Source of the DNA: a virus
Length of the DNA: 64,000 nt
Direction: 5' to 3' (one strand)
Virus record (IMG/VR): IMGVR_UViG_3300043775_001610
Location: 1-64,000 of that record
In this document: piece by piece, positions 55,801-64,000 of the stretch
How the letters are laid out: each line of letters opens with the position of its first letter
Numbering within the stretch: position 1 is the stretch's first letter
Notes under the pieces: model-generated
Told to the model about the DNA's origin: nothing
Seen by the model: the letters and a program-made list of their open reading frames with translations, nothing else
Databases searched by the model: none
Program-made: the position numbers and the translations under genes

Positions 55801-57357
55801 TTTACAGGAATACCTTCAATATATAGATCTGTCACTAATAAAACAGATGAGGGCCCAGTTGGACAAGTTGATCCTACTGCTGGAAAGATTGTAGATTACG
55901 CTGGGGCATTAACATTTTTAACTCCGTGGCGTTCATCTAGTCGTATGGCTGCAAATGCCGCAGCTTCTGCAGCACTACCAGCAGCTCCACCATTATCACC
56001 AATCGAAATGTTCAGAGGACAGTTTGATAGTTTTGATGTAAGTGGGTTACCAAAAGGCACTATGAGCACAGGACCAAGAGTAAAACCTTGGGAATATGAA
56101 ACATACAAAAAAATACTTGCAAGACATTATTTAGCGAAAAAACCAGACCCAAGAACATTGACTCAACACGAAGTCGCAGTTCTTGCACACCAGAAGGTTC
56201 CTGGCTTTGAAGGGTTAAGGGTTCATGACGAATACACTGCAGAGTCAATTGCCGACAGCTTAAAGTTAAGAGCTACCTTTAATTACACTTCTCCATTGAC
56301 GAAATCGGTATCCACAGTAGAAGAGCTTTTAAGCAAGTCTTTATTTCATGGTGGAAACCTACCAACGGTAGATGGAAAAATTGATTTAAAAAATAGAACT
56401 GGATTAAACAGCTGGTACGGCGGTCAGATGTTTGCCGCAGAAGATTACAAGCAGGCCTTAGCATACCTTATGAGATCTCCAGAGAATACAGTCTATTCTG
56501 TTACATCTGCATTAAAGAAAGAAGATGTAATAGACCTTAGACATAATGCAAACACGCTAGCTTCACAGCAGCCTTATGTATTTGCAAAATTACTAAGAGA
56601 CATAGAGTCTGGTAAAATTGCACTTCAAGACCATCAGTCAAAGGACTATGTTATACAAATGTTGATAGGTCAAGAGGGTGGAAGATATCCACGTGCTGCA
56701 GGCTCTGGAGCACTTAGAGATAGAATTTTCCAAAGATACTTCCAAGACATTTCTCCATGGTTAGCAGAAAACGGAATAAAGGCAATTATTCATAGAAATG
56801 GAACAAGAGTTGCTATCCCAGAAATAGGAAAATCCGTAGCAGATAACCCAACTAAGGTGCAAGATTTTAGCGAGCTAGGTACCGATGCAATAGCCTACAC
56901 CACGGTAGAAAATTCAATTGCACAAATACAAAAGCATACTATAACTGGCCAAATGGTTAAGGATCTTATTGAAAAAATGGGCAAGGGACAACTACCCTCC
57001 TCACTTGAGTCACAAATACTTGCAATGCTTAGAAATCCTACATTAGTACCTCATAAAGCATTAGGTGGATTAATTAAATCAACAGGAATGAGACTACCTA
57101 AATTTGAGGCGGGAATCAATATGGTTCCACAAGACATGCTAGCGTTAATTCATAAAAATGAAGCTGTGATCCCAGCCAATATGAATCCATTTAATCCAAA
57201 TGCTAAATCTTCAGCAGTAGCATCAGGATCAGTATATAATATTAATGTAGAGCTAAATGGAACTACAGTAACAGCAAAAGACGTTGCAATGGAAATACAT
57301 AGAGAAATGAGAATTAAAGAAATGGCATCTGGAGTAAATAGAAAGGTTGGTGGGTGA
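46813..57357 (+). CDS. tape measure protein (TP901-type core) with inserted accessory domains
   Basis: NWGKNTQWAGRQL.VG.T.P; RLTKVYG; FLNAVENQT...L.DL..AIP; GANALKSGL; 3514 aa; position after chaperones. Confidence 0.92.
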   Translation: MADEQIVTSIVAKADLSSLVSEVHRASASLQQLQRELLSSNRAIAASTKLANNLFRDTLTGSGQYSSHFVNLNSDVDKFGKNLDAGRLKLKNYFSTFREHATTQKGMIRELAKEQVMLQNAVLQPLGRNAQGLMQYNVMIPRGLDAVRNSAQLARMEMQIMNRALSEGAGSLINWGKNTQWAGRQLTVGLTVPLTMFGAAAGKAFREADAELVRLTKVYGGLASTSAQDLKAIREEVVQTAKSLSQTMGASFKDTIALGADIAATGKMGNDLLESISETTRLSILGEVDRQDAMKATLSIQTAFKQNTEELTESINFLNAVENQTSTTLADLVEAIPKAGPVIQQLGGDVKDLALYLTAMREGGINASEGANALKSGLASLINPTKQTVGMMSDFGIDVMGMVAKNTGDTTGLLTDLQKALDSLDPLSKARAMEQMFGKFQFARMSALLNNLGKEGSQTLQVMELMKASTSDLAGIAERELGMITESASGKYRRAMESLKASLADIGEDFLPVATKLVNAAAKILDFFSNLPSPIKKAVTFLAGFTALVGPLIMLTGVLANFFGYITKGIVQLRAFFMKANGWKMLTPEIIAAQKAAEMVENAFYSDAAAAQVLHNALQKLVLDYQNLQAASMKNAVPVNPGVSTVGGAPVMVAGRRVVDPNDPYVGDVNTRAMSHINPRDPNNPATIFGGVPGAVPVNRGISRTPQVYMHDRLPNIEGLTSIKGISTGIVPGEAAKFHALMATLGMQTKQEVAELKKTIAMGGTVSRELLDTFDDILPITQRFADSAATQAAVIVQQMRNAEITVEQAKARILALNAQIEADMGTAVSMYAAGRGRTLDLTRAPMMDQPVVDANGQFTLRDLYKKKANASVMEEFGRLRGVRTFGAPYSIQTTRMPRFNTGGDVESFGPNKTMVSGPSSINYDDRLGEVPLGGYVLNQQASMDPANADLVAMAPSTYLNNGGSITAALTPREVVFGPQIQRMPELYAAVDAANSGYNFGGQIMAGITGYGKKTSNTPGSKMDERLFKKQYKEYLRFINNPRYEDDMRVRMIMLDAAELSYTAKMPMDQAIKTATSNFDSAKIQSGGSDEKFVKIRIKQVQDLEKKHKELKVKNARTADTSSSKALNYNLNKVRDAMLADKSFAAVHDLIKDVSPTTFKNRKGMPIIQGLHDRAHFRRRGTLGYMTSGYMGLAAVMPSGINNIMSRLETLGLSRDVLNLNAADARENFALALKKTGMDKFATVDDLYAAVMDDGKFKTKAQIESGNVVRANRKQRDSWSMFLRAAATRQKWIPGRPPRLVPAGYNLGGMIPGGAISRNRLNYGNIAPLLRLLTPSQQLKVLGHARAMSFTGRSPYPNTSYSHIISPSTGRSFPVPGVGGVYDDDQKNRVFFKAVPNEKSLVAETHGTAIGRILKVITPVQTRKTIPNPLDPTGKSKFLGAESPYDEGFINPNTSIPGKFSQDEVLDQLITSLIFGNKDLSRANVHGRRLADVGNGGVLAKASMNDDYAKTMPSMEEMAMINLLQVRGGARKDFAHDTAPIIAQMTPKQYGDAIREKMKAAYPELKKYILAIPKKERKPYLAMLERFETGMDVDWAKYHSMHANPKFNAGGPVGGGPVQRNRYAYGRKKDGSRRLGNPAARAAQERARAERSAAYNPSSGSSYTATGNPQMQVARVPFVGGTGVRGNAYTGVPTESMARTVGVMRLAQFPHMNMPTMPMNIPGIGNTSAITAAFASMGNSIKRDSMQLAKAIKFNAQYISMSTKESAMSIVNRTKSAANTVMTYTKAISSQVLASSKAQVSRLKSAGSRFYNSIVAEQNAYAATRYPVGQAPPQGFFGPGYVGKYKDLGEGLQSRKVGSLGFRRTEYLVNGVSMTAKQAKAEGVRIPQRANGMSVGAQMGIGMAGSMGGMALMQQEKVKVFGTEMSGMTAGMGLMAATSIIPMLPLAKMLAGIKAGAASAKAAIQGFSMTMKGLRAGIALLARFAKGFGPIGIAITIATAGFKIYKAIQDDWQDARMGLSMTAKAAEQAGVKYFNLQETMQGYLDKQKAVAVAAKASQFNSIGMPGLPKSVEDVKKAKEEGKALKEVIESINRSTSTEETKRLLSTQKAQYIAGGMSVEEANRKLYGALLNSNKAMQAYDILGNSAFGKIVDKATAAEYAVGNLINTLNKGSGTADWYKEVAVGFEGLINTFQAATSSLIGTKDAMGNVIDDYKAYDMVMSSSEKMYPGFTAPIGEEAYDNLSKTNKLLAGIVTKSDSVKSILAKWSLFTSGVSYDLSKIGPELAIQLAGFSEAVGSGITQLTKAGGDATTFGKVGSALEKLKKQVNAVSAASQRAAAAAQRSAQEELKLLDKKLKAIDDEKNKKLESLRATQEASNYALELQKLQIEYADAVSRGDMAAANRAQLEIDQLTLNRQSELAQKAIEDAANRAKAPIEKSKNAIQDKADRDNNANQNATDNAAQAAEVSEKLVGFQQSYNELIERGIKAKLMPDPERIREEKKVQEGLLALAKELQTAGTGNTALAKAVREGFQKLKLFDKDGNPVSLTTKAPATTGSGMPKIGPDGKVVTPSPIINPDLLKQFSKDMLAVSDIAEKITGGKTNLDRLRVDLLQALGVNPDKLSKTGVAGKTTGTGLPGDPKKYFDSSGREISEKEYKSLPVGAPKGANGVSGETYIVPIKGLSNREFTGYPDVSLKFAKANGGKLTFQDTNGYIYYSNGKVTKDGKTVGAWLAALPGGNGRLKSYHEGGKVFGEGTATSDSIPAMLSDGEYVFSAKAVDAAGGPDVVDNWHKALRRADGGPIYPLGKKPKSAYNSKNQPTGSPYGRYWGELERLYQSSPIGFDKNGKPIFNNAGKDPWGGVEIPGLPFSGKVGQFSDYWHQLAEQPRKYSGPGMGLDKDPMRYAGSGASMGGIGNGAYGVGPLMFHAGGAVGHKHDVNPITKAFRFFKNAMNNGTNPASSMIMDIINQAGYLGQTGLSSLTKGIVPKPTKVQDKDFQEFTGIPSIYRSVTNKTDEGPVGQVDPTAGKIVDYAGALTFLTPWRSSSRMAANAAASAALPAAPPLSPIEMFRGQFDSFDVSGLPKGTMSTGPRVKPWEYETYKKILARHYLAKKPDPRTLTQHEVAVLAHQKVPGFEGLRVHDEYTAESIADSLKLRATFNYTSPLTKSVSTVEELLSKSLFHGGNLPTVDGKIDLKNRTGLNSWYGGQMFAAEDYKQALAYLMRSPENTVYSVTSALKKEDVIDLRHNANTLASQQPYVFAKLLRDIESGKIALQDHQSKDYVIQMLIGQEGGRYPRAAGSGALRDRIFQRYFQDISPWLAENGIKAIIHRNGTRVAIPEIGKSVADNPTKVQDFSELGTDAIAYTTVENSIAQIQKHTITGQMVKDLIEKMGKGQLPSSLESQILAMLRNPTLVPHKALGGLIKSTGMRLPKFEAGINMVPQDMLALIHKNEAVIPANMNPFNPNAKSSAVASGSVYNINVELNGTTVTAKDVAMEIHREMRIKEMASGVNRKVGG

Positions 57358-57950
57358 TGAGTTTTCAAAATCTATCTAAAGGGTCAATATTATACATAGA
57401 AGCACCAGACCCATTTGCAATTGATTCAGCTACTAACACATTTGACTACAAAGGAGCAACAGTAACTGCTCCAGGAAACACATATGATGCTACAACTGCA
57501 ACTAGAAACGGCCTTGCATATGCTAATAAAACAACTACGACAAAGTTTAGGAGAGTTACTGAGCACAATAGAGGCCCACTGACATTAGATAACACTAGAA
57601 TTGAGCAGTCAGCCAGAATGTCAAATGGAACTATGAGAAAGTATTTTATTGCAGACAAGATAAGTGTTAGCGCTTCTTGGGACATGCTTCCTTCTTTTAG
57701 AAACGAAACAGTTGATGGTGGCTGGGGAGCGGAAGATATAAAGAATTTTTATGAAAGCGCAGCTGGTAGAGGAGCATTTAAAATAAAGCTTAACCCAACC
57801 GTTTTTTCAACAGATCTTATAGAGCAATCAGACGGAGCTCTTGCAGATGACTACACTTATACCGTAATGTTTACATCTGCTGATTTTACAGTTGCAAAAA
57901 GAGGACTTCAGACTTATTGGGATGTAAGTATAACTTTGGAGCAGGTATGA
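57354..57950 (+). CDS. distal tail (Dit-like) protein
   Basis: EHNR..L......IE...RM.NGT.R...IA.K.....W..LP; ends LEQV; follows TMP. Confidence 0.7.
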   Translation: MMSFQNLSKGSILYIEAPDPFAIDSATNTFDYKGATVTAPGNTYDATTATRNGLAYANKTTTTKFRRVTEHNRGPLTLDNTRIEQSARMSNGTMRKYFIADKISVSASWDMLPSFRNETVDGGWGAEDIKNFYESAAGRGAFKIKLNPTVFSTDLIEQSDGALADDYTYTVMFTSADFTVAKRGLQTYWDVSITLEQV

Positions 57951-60900
57951 TATCCGTAACAACCGCTACAAGCGATTTGCTTAAAAAGGGATATTCAGTT
58001 TCAACATCAGCTGGTGCTACAATTGAGTATAATTTAAACACAATGGTGGAATATATAACTGCAACATCTGATGCAATGGAAAACAACTATACAGTTGCTT
58101 TCCAAAAGTTGTTTCCAATAGACACAATATATAAACCATTCAGGCCTTTATCTGCAGGCATTAAATATTTAGTTCATACAACTGGATACACAGATACTCC
58201 AGTAGATTCTTTTGAAAATCCTAGAGATATACAAATGGGAACAAAACCAAGACTCTACTATCCTGGCCCAGACATGGTATACAAATATTGGCTTGCCCCT
58301 AAGAATGAAGACATTAATATATCATTGCAATATTTTTCCGATGAGGCAAAAACTACAGCCAAGCTAATACCTACAAATAAAATTATTGCTAGGTTTGAAA
58401 TTAATCACGATACCCCAACTTCTTGGACCATAACTGGAGTAAAGGAAGATAATACAGCTATACCTTTAGCAACTGGTCCTGGCTCTGCGATTAACATAAT
58501 AACTGGTGAAGTAGCAATATATTATAATGGATCAACATGGTCAACTGACTCATCAACAATAAATTATACTAGTTCTCAAAAATTAAAAAAGATATCTTTG
58601 TCTGCAGTAAATTCTAATAATGACAAGCTAATTGGTGTTATTGAGCTTAGCCCTAGGTGGGTACTTTCCCTTGATTCAGACGTTGTTTCATTTTTAGTTA
58701 ATAAAGAAACTACGTCAGATGATACATCTGTTGTTCCAGTAGGAGTAATAACAGCAAACTATTTAAACTTATCTATAATAAAACCACACTCTACATCTAA
58801 ATCAATTATTGAGTATGATAGGTTTTCTACTACAATAGATGACACTAAAATTTACTTGTTTAAAAATGCTATTATCAGACCTTATGTAAATATAGGCGAA
58901 GGCTCTTCAAGTCAAAAGGTTTACCAAGGCCTATTTTATATAAACTCTTGGAGCCTTTCAGAATTTGGAGAAGCTTCAATAGATGCTACAGACTCAGCAA
59001 AAATATTACAAGATACTTTATGCCCACAATTGCTAGTTGAAGACTCACCAGTAACTTCAATTATTAAAAGAATACTAGACTCAGTTGGATTTTCTACTTA
59101 TAAAATTAATTTAAAAAGAGGGCTTTTGAATAAAGTTGATGATAACTCAATACCATCACTAGCATATTGGTGGTCAGATGGAGATAAAACAGTTTGGGAC
59201 GTGCTGCAAGAATTATGCAGAGATATTCAAATGAACGCTGTAGTTGATGAGAATAACATTTTAAACTTCTATAGTAGAGATTTTATGTATGATAAGAATA
59301 GATCTTCTGTTTGGACATTTACTAGTGAAGATATAAAATCTGGAACAAATTTATTATACGCACCAAACATACAGTCTTTATCAACAAAAGAACTTTTTTC
59401 TGCAAATCAAGTTAGAGTAAGGTATGCAACAGCATTTACATCTACAAATAATGAATCATCTTCACCATTATGGAAATCAGATACATCGTTTCTAGGAGCT
59501 GGGGCGCTTGCAAAACCAATAACACTTTCTAGTACAGACTTCGAGCTTAATCCAAATACGGTAATTGGCGCCAGAACAGATAGAATCATGGATCAGTTCA
59601 ACGGATATGTTTTAATTAATGGAGAAATTATTGAATATGATGGAGTATATTATCAATATGTGCCAAAGGGAGAAGATGAATTTGCACCTCCAGTTCTAAT
59701 TAAAACTCAGTCAGATATATGGAAATATTCATCATTAGCAAAACCAGGATATGAATTTTTTAAGCCAATAAATAAATACAATATTAAAACAAGAGGAGCA
59801 TTGAAAACTTCTCCAGATACACATGATCCAGCGCCAGATTCATATATAAATGAAAAACCACCTGCCACGCAATATCCAAACAAGTTTAACATGTTGGGTA
59901 TAACTTTGGCCACACCAGATACCGCTAAGTCTAAAAAAGAATCAGGAAATTATTATATTCCATCTGCACAAGAAGGAAGAAAGATTAAAAAGGGATTTTT
60001 GTCAATTCCTAATTTAGATAAAGACAAAAAAAGTTTTAGTATTGCTGTTAAAGAATTTAACTCAATTGACACATCTAAAAACTATTTTGCATTTGGAACA
60101 AGAATGTTTTTTGAAAGCCAGCTTAACACTATAGAGCAAGTAGGAGGAATAGGATTTTGTTTAAACTCTACTGGAACTAATGGATACTTTTTACTAGTAA
60201 GAACAACAGCATTTGCAGGATTACAGAAAAACATAATGATTGTAAGAGTTAATCAAAATGGAAAACTTACAGTTTTAAAAGATAGTCAGCAAATTTCTAC
60301 AAAAACAATGGGAGCAGTAGATCCTGGAGTAGAGTACGGAATCGACGTGTTTGTTAAAAAAACTAGCCCACTTAAAAATGAAATAACAGTTTTTATTAAT
60401 GGGTTTAAGATAACAGCAACCGATAGCGGATCAGATTCCCCAAGTACTTATATACCTCCAATAGCAATTACTAAAAATGTAGGACTTCACTGTGGTCAAG
60501 GAACTGCTTATTTTGAGTATGTTTATGCAGATGACATTACTGAAGAGGTATATGAAAAGAATAAAAGCCGTTCTGCTTATGAGCATAATGGTGTTTATTC
60601 AGACGATACCCTTTCAATGCTTTATGGAGATATCATTTATAATGATGGAGATACTAATTCGGATAATGCTGGACCAGTCTTTGAGTTTGGAACAACAGCT
60701 AGAGAAATTAAAAAAACAAAAATTTCATATGATGACAGGCCAGCAAAGCCTATTATGTTTAGAACATCTTTAAATAAATATGTAACTCTTTTAGACCAAA
60801 AATTGCAGCCATTTGGAGCAGAAGGATATGTTCTAAATAATAGCTCTGTAACAGTACCACTAGACGATAGCAACAACACAAGCTTTTACGTACTTGGAAA

Positions 60901-61231
60901 TTCAATTACTAGGTCTGGTTTTATAGATTACGATACAGATCAGTCAGAAGATTCTTCAAATAAAGAGCCAGTAATATTTCAATCAACCTGGATTCAATCA
61001 GAAGCAGACGCTAAAGCGCTAGCAGAATGGATAAAGGCAAGCGTATTGAACAAAGGAAGAGTTGTTGAGATGAGCGTGTTTGGCAATCCTTTAATATCTG
61101 CTGGAGATATGGTTAGCATAAGCTACCCAATATTGGGCATGACAGAATTAAACAATAAATATATAGTCACAAAATGCACACTAGAATATAGGGAAGGATT
61201 AACTACCTCAATTTCGTGTAGAGCAATCTAA
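57947..61231 (+). CDS. tail tip/baseplate hub protein
   Basis: TVW.VLQ.L..D.Q.....DE.N.L.F; WIQS...A..LA.W; FGNP.I..GD.V...Y. Confidence 0.75.
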   Translation: MISVTTATSDLLKKGYSVSTSAGATIEYNLNTMVEYITATSDAMENNYTVAFQKLFPIDTIYKPFRPLSAGIKYLVHTTGYTDTPVDSFENPRDIQMGTKPRLYYPGPDMVYKYWLAPKNEDINISLQYFSDEAKTTAKLIPTNKIIARFEINHDTPTSWTITGVKEDNTAIPLATGPGSAINIITGEVAIYYNGSTWSTDSSTINYTSSQKLKKISLSAVNSNNDKLIGVIELSPRWVLSLDSDVVSFLVNKETTSDDTSVVPVGVITANYLNLSIIKPHSTSKSIIEYDRFSTTIDDTKIYLFKNAIIRPYVNIGEGSSSQKVYQGLFYINSWSLSEFGEASIDATDSAKILQDTLCPQLLVEDSPVTSIIKRILDSVGFSTYKINLKRGLLNKVDDNSIPSLAYWWSDGDKTVWDVLQELCRDIQMNAVVDENNILNFYSRDFMYDKNRSSVWTFTSEDIKSGTNLLYAPNIQSLSTKELFSANQVRVRYATAFTSTNNESSSPLWKSDTSFLGAGALAKPITLSSTDFELNPNTVIGARTDRIMDQFNGYVLINGEIIEYDGVYYQYVPKGEDEFAPPVLIKTQSDIWKYSSLAKPGYEFFKPINKYNIKTRGALKTSPDTHDPAPDSYINEKPPATQYPNKFNMLGITLATPDTAKSKKESGNYYIPSAQEGRKIKKGFLSIPNLDKDKKSFSIAVKEFNSIDTSKNYFAFGTRMFFESQLNTIEQVGGIGFCLNSTGTNGYFLLVRTTAFAGLQKNIMIVRVNQNGKLTVLKDSQQISTKTMGAVDPGVEYGIDVFVKKTSPLKNEITVFINGFKITATDSGSDSPSTYIPPIAITKNVGLHCGQGTAYFEYVYADDITEEVYEKNKSRSAYEHNGVYSDDTLSMLYGDIIYNDGDTNSDNAGPVFEFGTTAREIKKTKISYDDRPAKPIMFRTSLNKYVTLLDQKLQPFGAEGYVLNNSSVTVPLDDSNNTSFYVLGNSITRSGFIDYDTDQSEDSSNKEPVIFQSTWIQSEADAKALAEWIKASVLNKGRVVEMSVFGNPLISAGDMVSISYPILGMTELNNKYIVTKCTLEYREGLTTSISCRAI

Positions 61232-61254
61232 TAGCGTAATGGTATAATAAATAA

Positions 61255-61578
61255 ATGGGAATTCAATCAGGAAAGATATCCGTAATATATGACGATGATC
61301 CACGCCTAGCCGATGTTTGGAAGGGTAATATTGGAGACACTAAATCTGTTGGAGAGTCAGATGGCTTTGGCGGAGGCGGGGGCGGAGATGATGGCCCAGG
61401 AGGCCCAGAAAGACCACAACTCAGCGATATAATTTTTAAAGGGTTTCTTCCTTATAGCGACTCTTCTAATGTACAAAGAATAAAAGCAAAATTTAGAATT
61501 TACAATTCAAGCAAAGAAGAGATAGATGGGTTCGCTCTTGCACTAACTAAGCCAGACACACAGGGAGGAAGACCGTGA
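61255..61578 (+). CDS. small tail protein
   Basis: ORF track; leaderless after TATAAT; Gly-rich linker. Confidence 0.6.
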   Translation: MGIQSGKISVIYDDDPRLADVWKGNIGDTKSVGESDGFGGGGGGDDGPGGPERPQLSDIIFKGFLPYSDSSNVQRIKAKFRIYNSSKEEIDGFALALTKPDTQGGRP

Positions 61579-62435
61579 TAACAAAATTTGGAAAAAGATT
61601 TTTAACTAGCTATATTGCAGGAACCTCCTCTCTGGATTCAAAAGAGATGGCTTTGGGTATTGCAACAAATTCTGAGTATCCAATATCTGATACAAACTCA
61701 AGATTAGGGTTTGAATTCTATAGGGTTCCAATTAGGCAAGGCGGAATTAATATTGATACAACAACATCTCCAACAACTTATACCGTAATTTTTTCTGCTA
61801 CTCTTCCTACAAACATATCTGGAAAAATTAATGAGATTGGTATATATTCTGGACAATCATATGCTAGACATCTTTATAGCAGCAAGTTTATTTCAAATTT
61901 CGAATTGCCTTATGAATGGACTCCAGAGCCAGCGCTAGATCAAGTTAACAGTAGAGTTTTAGATAGCTCTTTAACGTTTACTTCAAACTCTACATCCCCA
62001 CAAGAGTATACTTATCCACTGTCAAATTTAGATATTTCTGGGTATAACCCACTTGATACAATGTGCCTTTGCTATAAAGCAAATGATGCAAACCTGTCTT
62101 CTATAAAAGTTAGACTCTACAGTTCTGATTCAGACTATATACAGTTTACTTTTTCTGGTCATTCGGTAGGAGATAACATTAAGTCTGTATTTATGTCTAG
62201 CGGAGTAACAACAGGAACATTTAATCCAGAGAGCGTTAGTAAGGTTGGAGTAATAATTACACCAACATCAGCTCAAACATCTGTATCTATGGATGGCCTT
62301 AGAATAAATGACGAGGACACCTTTGACCCAGAATACGGATTAATTGCCAGATCGATACTTGACTCAACAATGATCAAGGTCCTTGGAAGAGAATCTAAGA
62401 TAGAGTTTAAACTAGATCTGTCGTTTGGAGTCTAG
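61575..62435 (+). CDS. minor tail protein
   Basis: MIT..GKR....Y.AG......A.G......D..L.FEF.R.P...I.E.G.Y. Confidence 0.7.
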   Translation: MITKFGKRFLTSYIAGTSSLDSKEMALGIATNSEYPISDTNSRLGFEFYRVPIRQGGINIDTTTSPTTYTVIFSATLPTNISGKINEIGIYSGQSYARHLYSSKFISNFELPYEWTPEPALDQVNSRVLDSSLTFTSNSTSPQEYTYPLSNLDISGYNPLDTMCLCYKANDANLSSIKVRLYSSDSDYIQFTFSGHSVGDNIKSVFMSSGVTTGTFNPESVSKVGVIITPTSAQTSVSMDGLRINDEDTFDPEYGLIARSILDSTMIKVLGRESKIEFKLDLSFGV

Positions 62436-62436
62436 T

Positions 62437-64000
62437 GTGACTGAACAGTATAAAGATTTAGGAAGAATTACCCAGAGTAAAGACGGAGACTACTGGGAGG
62501 TAGAGATATCCGATTTAGATTTTGATACTCAATACTCTCTAGAAGCAGCCTGGGTATTTTCAGATAAGACCAAAGGCACAAGCCCTTTTTCAGATCCATA
62601 TAATTTTACAACACCTGAACAAGAAGGCCTTCTGGCCCCACAGTTTAGAGAACAAGACTTAGATGCAATAAGCTCAATACTATACATCAACTGGAGCGGA
62701 TTAAACTCTAGCCTTGTTCCGTATGATTCTTCAATATTTAAACAAGTTAATGTCTGGATTAAAGGCGGAGATTTTGGAGAACAGTATGTACGCTATGCAT
62801 CATTTTTTACAAAGGCGGGAACGATACAGATCAATGCAACAAAAGTATCTACATACTGCGTAAAACTTCAGGCAGAAACTAAAGATGGAAAATTTTCACC
62901 ATTTTCAAATGAATTTTGTGTGACCCTATTAGAGCAGCCAGATCCAGTTTATGAAGTTAGACATGAATGGGTTAAAAGAGATTTGGTTTTATTTTGGAAA
63001 TTCCCTGTAAATTTGCCTAAAAACAGCATGGCTGACTCGTTTGCAGTTCAACTAATTGCGGATGGCAAAGACATTACTTTGTATACAAGTGTTGATAAAA
63101 CTAAAATTCCTCCATTAGAGCATAAAATTGTATTTACCGAAGGACGACTGGCAGCTATATTTGGTCAAGTAACTGCATTTCAAACAGACTATGACGCATT
63201 TATTTTTGTAAGAGATAAAAATCTGCAAACAAGCACAGTAGTTGGATACAATGTGACTGCATATGTAGATCCACTAACACCACCAGTTATTTCAGCAATA
63301 AAAGGTCCCATGTCCTATAGTGTTTCATTTACAAATAACTCTGAGTTTGATAGAATATATATAGAAGATAGCACAGACAACGGAGTTACTTGGGTAGATC
63401 AGGGCTCGTCTACTTCAAATCCAGTTTATGTTCAACCTACAAACTCTCTTACACGTCAAGTAAGAGCAAGATTTTCTAGAGTGCGTGGAGGGCTTACTGG
63501 GTATAGCAATATAGTTTCTGTCACTCCAGATAAAATTGATCCAACAGATGAAACTCCGCCAGCAGTACCCACAGTCAACTTCGTATCTTCAACATCATCA
63601 ACTATAACTGTTAATATTGTTAACTCAGATACAAGTACTAAAGCTCATAGATTAAGATTTAGAGAGAGTGGCGCTACCCTTTACCAAACAGACATTGTTC
63701 CGTATACAGCAGCAACTACCCCATATACTTTTGGCGGGCTAAAGCCAAATACAACCTACAATATATCAGCAGCATCATATGATAGCTTAAATAATTTGAG
63801 CGCATTTTCTTCAGATATAAATAGCGTAACGCAATCATTAGCGGCAAATCCTCCAAGTTCAGTTTCTTTAACTGCTGCAGCATCTGGAGTTCTAGGCTCA
63901 TGGACAGCGCCATCAGTTCAGCCAGCAAGAGTTGACAGGTATAAGATAGAGCTGTGGCAAGATTTATCAACTGATGTTTTAATTACTACACAATTTGCCT
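62437..64000 (+). CDS. FN3-repeat tail protein, truncated by window end
   Basis: GTG at 62437 (MTEQYKDLGRITQSKDGDYWEV...); DETPPAVP and GLKPNTTYNISAASYD FN3 signatures; absent from ORF track because no stop is seen in the window. Confidence 0.75.
   Translation, partial: MTEQYKDLGRITQSKDGDYWEVEISDLDFDTQYSLEAAWVFSDKTKGTSPFSDPYNFTTPEQEGLLAPQFREQDLDAISSILYINWSGLNSSLVPYDSSIFKQVNVWIKGGDFGEQYVRYASFFTKAGTIQINATKVSTYCVKLQAETKDGKFSPFSNEFCVTLLEQPDPVYEVRHEWVKRDLVLFWKFPVNLPKNSMADSFAVQLIADGKDITLYTSVDKTKIPPLEHKIVFTEGRLAAIFGQVTAFQTDYDAFIFVRDKNLQTSTVVGYNVTAYVDPLTPPVISAIKGPMSYSVSFTNNSEFDRIYIEDSTDNGVTWVDQGSSTSNPVYVQPTNSLTRQVRARFSRVRGGLTGYSNIVSVTPDKIDPTDETPPAVPTVNFVSSTSSTITVNIVNSDTSTKAHRLRFRESGATLYQTDIVPYTAATTPYTFGGLKPNTTYNISAASYDSLNNLSAFSSDINSVTQSLAANPPSSVSLTAAASGVLGSWTAPSVQPARVDRYKIELWQDLSTDVLITTQFA

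Noticed and set aside
1-64000. Alternative genetic code or prophage/host junction
   Set aside because: Long genes translate cleanly in code 11; no integrase, att-like context or host housekeeping genes seen.

Overview
64-kb segment of a large, AT-rich tailed (siphovirus-like) phage genome, most likely infecting an actinobacterium. The host call rests on a DUF7455-like CxxC..CxHH gene, frequent leaderless genes, a class II RNR and a gene order like that of large freshwater/Streptomyces actinophages. 1-7.7 kb: minus-strand early/host-takeover region with many tiny ORFs, a DUF932 gene and tRNA-Asp. It is punctuated by a repeated regulatory cassette: 11 TGTCAG-N10-TANNNT promoters (the PafBC/RecA-NDp architecture), TGTGA-N6-TCACA (CRP-type) sites mostly in helical phase with them, and paired DnaA boxes. 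7.8-14.8 kb: three 2OG-Fe(II) oxygenases, tRNA-Ile(UAU), a lytic transglycosylase, nrdJ and a holin-like gene. 14.8-37.5 kb: fibre/accessory virion genes. These include two parallel cassettes, each a low-complexity Cys-containing protein (a CPSGG-repeat protein, or an FN3-(PPxF)31 protein) followed by a small Cys protein, a small W-x-[WY]-D-G protein and DUF6065-like genes; the second runs into an array of seven prolyl-hydroxylase-like 2OG-Fe(II) oxygenase genes. 37.6-64 kb: portal, protease, major capsid, neck, tail tube, frameshifted tail chaperone, a 3514-aa tape measure protein with apparent kinase-like and ADP-ribosyltransferase-like inserts, and tail tip genes. No terminase, integrase or DNA polymerase is in the window. 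All family calls come from motif recognition by eye, not database searches.
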